Of a stretch of DNA of 64,000 nucleotides, positions 57,970 through 64,000 are shown in pieces; position 1 is the first letter of the stretch; each line of letters starts with the position of its first letter. The notes under the pieces were generated by a model. The model was not told where the DNA came from. It searched no databases and saw nothing but the letters and a program-made list of their open reading frames with translations. Made by a program: the position numbers and the translations under genes. The DNA comes from an uncultured Actinomycetes bacterium (GTDB lineage: Bacteria; Actinomycetota; Thermoleophilia; RBG-16-64-13): positions 198,520-262,519 of the forward strand of contig CAWDXC010000009.1 of assembly GCA_963806155.1 (NCBI GenBank), given 5' to 3'.

Positions 57970-59446
57970 TTAGTAGGTAAGCGGCTGAAGAGTCCCATCC
58001 AGCACGACGATATCGGGGTCGGTGCTGAAGACGAGCAGCTTGTCGATGGGCCATTTGCCCTCTGTCGCCTTGACCCACTGGCCGCAGGCCTGCGGCGGGC
58101 TGCAGCCGTTGATGAACGGATGATGGGTCATGTCCTTCACCGGCGCCGTGAAGTCGATCTGACCTAGACTCGTGTCCAGCTTCGTCGCACCGATGGCGGA
58201 CGGCGATCCCCGCCTTGTCGTCGACGTTGGTGACGCGTTTGAACACGTCGGCCGCCCATTCGAAGAGGACGAGGATGATCACGGCCTCGCTATACTGGCT
58301 GCCGCTGAAGGCTTCGTACTCGTCCGCGATCTGCTGACAGTTCATCCCCGTCAAAGAGTCGACGAACTTCTGGCGCGGAGTCCAGGTGCCGGCGCTGGAG
58401 AGGTTGTAGCCGATATCGCCCATGGAGAGCACGCCCTCCGGGAAGATCAGGCCTTTGTGACCGATAGCCACCACCGGCTGGAATGCCTGCTGATGGGACT
58501 GCGTCCAGAAGTTGGTGAAATCGGGCGTGAGCATGACCGCGAGCAACAGCTCACATCCCGCCTTCTTGATCGCGGTGATCTGGGCTGTGTAGTCCTCAGC
58601 CCCCGGGGTGTAGAGATCGGTCATCACCACCTGATAACCGGCCTGCTCGAGGATGGGCGGCCCCCATTGGGCCCAGTTGTTGCCGTCCACATCGTTGGCG
58701 AGCACGAGGCCGACGATCTTGTTGCTCGGGACCTGCGGGAGAAGCCCGGTGTAGTTGACCGTGGTGAGCACGTCGTCGAAGGCATAGGTATAGGTCCATT
58801 TGAAGCCCTCTGCCGGCATCTTCCTACCCACGGTGAACGCGTGCACCTCGGTCCAGTTGGAGATCAACGGGCATCCCATCGATTCGGCGACATCACCGGC
58901 CGGGTTCACGGTATCGGGGGTGACCGCCGCCATGACGAGGTCGACCTTGGTGTTCTGGATGAGGTCGCCGGTGACCTGCGCCGCCCGGTTCGAATCGGAC
59001 TGGGTATCCACCAGACTGACCTCAAAGGAGTGCATCATCTTGTCGCCGAGGACGAGGCCCTCACCGATAGCATCCTCGAAATGCTTCTGCGCCCATTTGC
59101 CCGCGGCTGCGAACGGCGCCAGCGGACCGGTGATGGGTACGACATAGCCCAGCTTGATCGGCCGGCCGACCTCTGGTCCGGCGCTCACGGTGGTCGTGGA
59201 CGCGGGGGCCGTAGTGGTAGTGGACGCAGGAGCCGTGGTGGTGGTGCTCGCCGGAGCGGTCGTGGTTGTTACTTCCTCTTCGCCGCAGGATGCGAGGAAG
59301 GTGCCCAACCCTCCGCCGATCCCGATAGCGCCGCCCGCCACGGCGGCAAGCCTGAGAAACTCGCGGCGACTCACCGGTCTCGTGCCCGTAGGCTCTTCGA
59401 TTCCTTCGCGGTCGTGTTGGTCGTCAGATCTGTCGCGCTCGTTCAC
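57970..59446 (-). pseudogene. ABC transporter substrate-binding lipoprotein, PBP1 family, paralog 5, frameshift near 58215
   Basis: N-terminal 400 aa in ORF 57746..59446 frame; conserved C-terminus (...KLDTSLGQIDFTAPV...LQPLTY) found in another frame ending at TAA 57970; 21-bp tandem repeats encode (TTTAPAS)x3. Confidence 0.65.
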
Positions 59447-59552
59447 GTCCCCTCCTTCTTCATCTCTCTTCCCTGCCGTATGAGGACTGTTCCGCGTAGC
59501 CTTGTTCCCCGCCTGATTCTGGTCGATTGTCGCAGTAGGTCCTCATGGGAGT

Positions 59553-60491
59553 TCAGCCCTCGAGGATCGGCGGCAGCGGCGGTGCGTCTGTCGCCAGGCG
59601 GTCGATCAGTTCGTTGTAACGACTCATCCGCGAATCAATGTCTATCTCCCCCCTTCTTGCCGCCTGAACGGCTAGGAACAACCACAGGTGCGTCTTCAGC
59701 AGGTCCTTGTGGCTGTACTTCTTGTCGGAGAACATGCGAAAGATCGTCTGCTCGTAAGCACCCAAGAGGCTATGGGCGACAAGCTCGTCGGGGACCGCGG
59801 GTGGCTTCGCGCCTCTCGCCGAGGTGTCGGCGAAATCTCTGGTAATGCGCTCGATCACGCCTTCGAGAGCTTCCTCGATGGGTTTGCGCAGTTCGCTATC
59901 GTCGTGTGTCCTCTCCACCCGGACAAGGGCGAGGCCCGACGAGCCCAGATCGAAGACATGAAGGCTTGCGAATGCCAGCCAAAGCAGTCTCTCGGCGGGG
60001 TCCTCCGTCGAGTCGCGTTTCGAGTCCCCATACGTGAGGCTCCAGGCCATCATCACCGAGACGCATTCGGCAAGAAGTCGCCGTTTGCTGGGAAAATGGC
60101 CGTAGAAGAGGCTTGCCGTTATCCCGAGCTTCTTCATGATCGTAGTCACGTGGGTGCTCTTGTAGCCTTTGGTGGTGAACTCCGCCACGGCCACCGCGAG
60201 GATGCGGTTGTGGACCCGCTGGTACTCCTGCGCGACCAGATCGACTCCGGCTTCATTGGCGCGATGGACCCGGGGCTCCAGTTCGGTCTCGATCTCGTCG
60301 AGAGACAGGCCGGCCTCCTTGAGCTCCCCGATCTTCTTGAGGATCTCCGCGTGCTCCTCGGTGTAGAGCGATCGGCTGGCGGCGGTCTTCTGAGGCAGGG
60401 GAAGCAGCCCCTGCCTCAAGTAATAGTGGATGGTGGTCCGCGGCACCCCCGTGGCCCGTTCGAGCTCCCCGATGGAAAGGACTTTGACCAC
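59553..60491 (-). CDS. MerR-HTH / TetR-like fusion transcriptional regulator, paralog 3
   Basis: GTG start with AGGAG SD, immediately downstream of the AOR stop; LSIGELERATGVPRTTIHYYLRQGLLP. Confidence 0.7.
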   Translation of the reverse strand: MVKVLSIGELERATGVPRTTIHYYLRQGLLPLPQKTAASRSLYTEEHAEILKKIGELKEAGLSLDEIETELEPRVHRANEAGVDLVAQEYQRVHNRILAVAVAEFTTKGYKSTHVTTIMKKLGITASLFYGHFPSKRRLLAECVSVMMAWSLTYGDSKRDSTEDPAERLLWLAFASLHVFDLGSSGLALVRVERTHDDSELRKPIEEALEGVIERITRDFADTSARGAKPPAVPDELVAHSLLGAYEQTIFRMFSDKKYSHKDLLKTHLWLFLAVQAARRGEIDIDSRMSRYNELIDRLATDAPPLPPILEG

Positions 60492-60499
60492 GCTCGCTC

Positions 60500-62410
60500 C
60501 TACGGCATCGCCGACGCCACGTCTTGCAGTCCGAGCGAGCGCAGGGTCTCCTCTTTGGGGATCCCCGTCTCCTCGTCCCACCCGCGCAGCTGATAGTACT
60601 CCTTGAGCATCTCCGTGAACCTCGCCTTGTCGAGCCGGTTGCCGGCCATGTCGACCACGGCGTCCCCTGGGCCGGGGACCAGCATCCCGTGCGTGCCGGA
60701 CCCACCCCAAGGCTTGGTGAAGTTGTATTCCAGAGGATAGTCCGCGGCCGGGACCTCGCGACCTTCCCGGATCAATATCGCCCGCTGGAGATTGGCGATG
60801 ATCTCTGCGCATCTTTCGAGCTCCTCGGCCGGACGTCCGGTGACCGCCGAATAGAGCTTCGCTTCCAGATCGGGGTCTCCGACGTGATCGGGAGTGACGA
60901 AGGAGTAGATGATGGGCCAGGTGAAATCGCATAGGCCCAGGCTGTCCATTAGATAGACGCGGTTCTGGATGAGCTTGGCCGCCAGCGCCTTGCCCTCGTA
61001 CGTGTTCAGGGCCCCCGCCTCCTCACTTCCCCAGAAAGCCTTGGCGATGTTGCGGAATTCCCTGTTCGTGATCGGAGTGCTGCCGGGGTCCAGCTGGTTG
61101 AGGGTCCAGGGGACCAGCGCGAAACCCGTGTCGTGCAGGAGCGGCTGGTGGACCCGAGGCTCCATGTAGTAGAGCAGGGAATGCACGATGTTGAGCCGGG
61201 GCGGTTGCAGCTCGAACTGGCCGATAGGCGCGACTTCCTCGCCCATGAGCGCACGAGCCACCGGTGACACTTCCTCCATCTTGGCAACTCTGGCCATACC
61301 TTCCGCCAGCAGGTCCCCGAAACCCTCGCGATGGGCGACCGCATGGAGGAGCTTCTCCAGGAACTCCTGGGTACCGATCTCGGCCAGGGGCAGGCCGGTC
61401 TCGGCCTCGGTCAGCGCCCCCGCCTTGTGGCACGCGTAGAGCCAGTTGATCATGCTTCGCAGTTCGAAGGTGTCGATGCAATAGTCGTTGGCCAGATCGG
61501 GCGCGTTGAAGAAGGTGTCCACCGGCTCGTCATCCCGCCCATACATCCAGGGCAGGTAGTACTCCATGGTCTGGCAGTGGCGCATTCCCTCGAGCCGCTT
61601 GTCATATCTGTATACATTGCGGATGCACTTGGCCCCGCACAGGTAACAGCCTCCCTTTCCGATGACCTCCACCACCTGTGCGTGACCGGTGCCGAGCACA
61701 TCGGGACCGATCGCCAGATGAAGCCTTTGGTTGATCTTCACTGTGTGACGGTTGAGCTCTCTGAGCCTCTCGGGATCCGCCGCGGAGACCCTCTGCGAAC
61801 CCCTGACGGCGATGCCTTTGAGGTTCTTGGAGCCCATCACGGCGCCAAAACCGCAGGAGAGGGCCGATTCGTGGGAGGCATAGGCCGTCGCCGTGCGGAC
61901 CAGGTTCTCTCCCGAGACCCCGATGGCGATGAACTTGGCGTCTGGGCCGTGGAGCTCCTGCAGCCGTTGTCCCGTCTTGAAGGCGCCCAGGCCCCACAGG
62001 CCGGCAGCCTCCCGGACCTCCACCTTTCCGTCGTCGATCCAGAGATACACAGGACTCGCGGCCTTGCCCGTCACGACCAACCCGTCGTAGCCGGCCTTCT
62101 TGATCTCGGCCCCCACGTACCCGGCGATGTTGCCGTAGCAATAGCTCTCCGGCAGCGCGCCGGGTGACTTCGCGACTACACATACCACCGTGGCTGCCTG
62201 AGCCCGCGAGGCCACCAGGGGGCCGGTCATGAAGATCAGCGGGTTTTCCGGGTCGAACGGCTTGATCCCGGGGTCCGTCATCTCCCAGTAGAGCCGAGCC
62301 GCGATCCCGCGGCCGCCGACGTAGTCCTCGATGTACGGCTCAGTGGGCGATTCCCGGGTCTCTGACGTACCAAGGTCGACGAAGAGGATCTTCCCCATCC
62401 ATCCGTCCAT
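60500..62410 (-). CDS. aldehyde:ferredoxin oxidoreductase (tungsten/molybdopterin AOR family)
   Basis: N-terminal MDGWMGKILFVDLG...GGRG AOR signature; 636 aa; Cys-containing Fe-S region GKGGCYLCGAKC. Confidence 0.85.
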   Translation of the reverse strand: MDGWMGKILFVDLGTSETRESPTEPYIEDYVGGRGIAARLYWEMTDPGIKPFDPENPLIFMTGPLVASRAQAATVVCVVAKSPGALPESYCYGNIAGYVGAEIKKAGYDGLVVTGKAASPVYLWIDDGKVEVREAAGLWGLGAFKTGQRLQELHGPDAKFIAIGVSGENLVRTATAYASHESALSCGFGAVMGSKNLKGIAVRGSQRVSAADPERLRELNRHTVKINQRLHLAIGPDVLGTGHAQVVEVIGKGGCYLCGAKCIRNVYRYDKRLEGMRHCQTMEYYLPWMYGRDDEPVDTFFNAPDLANDYCIDTFELRSMINWLYACHKAGALTEAETGLPLAEIGTQEFLEKLLHAVAHREGFGDLLAEGMARVAKMEEVSPVARALMGEEVAPIGQFELQPPRLNIVHSLLYYMEPRVHQPLLHDTGFALVPWTLNQLDPGSTPITNREFRNIAKAFWGSEEAGALNTYEGKALAAKLIQNRVYLMDSLGLCDFTWPIIYSFVTPDHVGDPDLEAKLYSAVTGRPAEELERCAEIIANLQRAILIREGREVPAADYPLEYNFTKPWGGSGTHGMLVPGPGDAVVDMAGNRLDKARFTEMLKEYYQLRGWDEETGIPKEETLRSLGLQDVASAMP

Positions 62411-62443
62411 ACCAGCAACCTCCCCTGGCCGCGGCCGCGCCGA

Positions 62444-63199
62444 CTAGTCGATGTACTGCTCGAAGGCCTCCAGATCTGCCGCCGGTAATCCTTCCCTAAA
62501 AGTCTTAAGCTTGGCTTCACCCTTGGGTGTAATGGAGGTGACTCCGTCGACGGTCTGCACGTAGCCCATAAGTTCAAGCTCTTCCCTCAGAACGCGGACC
62601 ATCTGGGTACCCAGCGGAGGATAGATGCCTTCTATCTCCTCCTTCGCGAAGGTATCAAGGATCTCGTCCGACGCTACCCCTCCCCTCGTGGCGAGCTTCT
62701 TGAGGATGGCCATCTCCCTTCTGAAGTAAGGAGTGTCGTAGCCCTTCTCGCTGAGGTCGAACGCCTCGAGCTTCAGGAGCATCGAGGTCCTCGTATCGGG
62801 GCAGATAACGGTCGGCTCACTCTGAAGATTCTCTCTTTCGCTTGGCGGCCAAGCAAAGACCTCGGGATTGGTGAGATTGGCCATATCGAAGGGAGGAGGG
62901 ACTACCGTCTTGAGCACGTTCCTGAAACCAAGCCCGTCGTACTTCTTCATTTCGTCGTCATAGACGCTGAGTGAGCAGTACCAGAAGGGATAATAGGAAA
63001 TCCACTCCACGTACCTTGGCCCGGCCTGGTGAAGGGCCTCGACCTTGGGGACTATCCTGCTCCACACATCCGGGCACAGTCTCCCGTGATAGCTCTCACC
63101 ATCGAAGATGACTTCATCGCCCACCTTATGCTTGAAATGACAGGGATAGACTTCCTCATTGCCCAAGAAAGCGACGACGGTGGCTTTGACCTGAAACAC
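62444..63199 (-). CDS. TIGR04076-like domain protein (paralog of 4179..4925)
   Basis: MFQVKATVVAF...YPCHF...GRLCP; 33 bp upstream of AOR, so likely same operon. Confidence 0.6.
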   Translation of the reverse strand: MFQVKATVVAFLGNEEVYPCHFKHKVGDEVIFDGESYHGRLCPDVWSRIVPKVEALHQAGPRYVEWISYYPFWYCSLSVYDDEMKKYDGLGFRNVLKTVVPPPFDMANLTNPEVFAWPPSERENLQSEPTVICPDTRTSMLLKLEAFDLSEKGYDTPYFRREMAILKKLATRGGVASDEILDTFAKEEIEGIYPPLGTQMVRVLREELELMGYVQTVDGVTSITPKGEAKLKTFREGLPAADLEAFEQYID

Positions 63200-63293
63200 G
63201 CGTCCCTCCTTCGTTCGTTCCTGTACGAGGTCTGCGCCCGGTCTACGGTCCCATCAGCAGACGACTGTGACCAGCCGAACCAACTCTTCAGCC

Positions 63294-63325
63294 AACCTAT
63301 CACTCACAGAAATGAATCTCAAGTC
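63294..63325 (-). promoter_or_regulatory. candidate promoter (minus strand): GACTTGAGAT, 17-nt spacer, -10 TAGGTT, with CTGTGAGTGA in spacer
   Basis: exact GACTTGAGAT decamer also at 27616..27625; ~90 nt upstream of ATG 63199. Confidence 0.45.
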
Positions 63326-63460
63326 ATCTAGCCGCGTCCCATAGCCAGACCGGGCGACACCGCGTGGAGCGGAAGATGATCGGCGGCCCGAGGGAAGCGG
63401 GCGGCGGCGGCGGTCCCTCCTGGGAACGCCGCCGCCCCCAGTGCAGCAGTATCTCGCGCC

Positions 63461-64000
63461 CTATTTCTCTACGAAGATGACCCCCAGGCTGAGGCTGTCG
63501 ACGAGGTCGACCTGCTGCGCGACCGGCTTGTAGCCGGCGGCGCTCAGGACCAAGTCATAGCGACCCGGCGCCAGGCCGTCGAAGATGAAGTCGCCGTAGT
63601 TGTTCGTCGCCAGATCGGCGACTTTGACGCCCTCCAACTGCAGGATGACAACCGCGCCTTCGGCGCAGTCATCAGTGTCTTTGTAGGCAACGGTGCCGCC
63701 TAGGAAGGCCTTGGTCCAACGGTGGAGGTTCTTGTACCAGACCCGGGGGTTGGTCCCCCAGTCCGCCTGATACGCCTCCAGACCCTCCGCACTCACCCGG
63801 ACCGCCATGTCGTCATCCTCGGCCAGGACGAGCTTGAGCGCCCCGGTGGGGCACACCTGGGTGCAGCGGGTCTCGGTCCAATCGTCGTCGATCAGGTGGG
63901 CGCAGCCGGTGCACTTCTGGGGAAGGCCGGCTTCCTCGTTCCAGTAGATGACGTCATAAGGACAGCTGCCGACGATCTGCTTCTGGCCTTTTGCCTTCTT
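63461..64000 (-). CDS. 4Fe-4S ferredoxin beta subunit with C-terminal beta-sandwich domain (beta5, 5' end outside window)
   Basis: C-terminal 131 aa plus upstream in-frame QKCTGCAHLIDDDWTETRCTQVCPTGAL running to window edge; implies a fifth alpha gene beyond 64000. Confidence 0.7.
   Translation of the reverse strand, partial: KKAKGQKQIVGSCPYDVIYWNEEAGLPQKCTGCAHLIDDDWTETRCTQVCPTGALKLVLAEDDDMAVRVSAEGLEAYQADWGTNPRVWYKNLHRWTKAFLGGTVAYKDTDDCAEGAVVILQLEGVKVADLATNNYGDFIFDGLAPGRYDLVLSAAGYKPVAQQVDLVDSLSLGVIFVEK

Noticed and set aside
63381-63445. GC-rich hairpin (GGGCGGCGGCGG...CCGCCGCCCC) after beta5 considered as a terminator
   Set aside because: No U-tract on the transcribed (minus) strand. May still be a weak or factor-dependent terminator, but not supportable.
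1-64000. mobile element or genomic island boundaries
   Set aside because: No integrase, transposase, tRNA, direct-repeat flanks or abrupt compositional change visible. The paralogy looks like in-situ duplication rather than horizontal insertion.

Overview
This is a high-GC (~65%), gene-dense, non-mobile metabolic window, probably from a monoderm bacterium (Actinomycetota or Chloroflexota; phylum not resolvable from this window). The dominant content is four complete and one partial paralogous two-gene operons encoding cytoplasmic bis-MGD molybdoenzymes. Each pairs a large subunit with no Tat signal and no N-terminal Fe-S Cys motif with a poly-ferredoxin beta subunit carrying a C-terminal beta-sandwich domain. 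That architecture matches the pyrogallol-phloroglucinol transhydroxylase / resorcinol hydroxylase family of anaerobic phenol-transforming enzymes. Interleaved with them are: three paralogous MerR-HTH/TetR-like fusion regulators; five paralogous orphan lipoprotein solute-binding proteins (PBP1 / Liv-like, one frameshifted) with no cognate permease or ATPase; two copies of a three-component FAD / CCG-FeS / FAD dehydrogenase set; etfBA followed by an EtfD-like membrane FeS protein; a tungsten-type aldehyde:ferredoxin oxidoreductase operon; two CocE/NonD hydrolases; IclR, TetR and MarR regulators; a PQQ sugar dehydrogenase; and a stand-alone Mo oxidoreductase. Several operons share a promoter architecture (extended -35 GACTTGAGAT / ACTCACGRACTTGA, 17-bp spacer, -10 TAGTGT) with nearby TGAC/GTCA palindromes. 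The window also contains a tandem gene duplication with a decayed copy, a segmental duplication, and several multiply frameshifted genes (ABC-2 exporter, URO-D/MtaA-like methyltransferase, EtfD-like, one binding protein). No rRNA, tRNA, CRISPR or transposase genes were seen.
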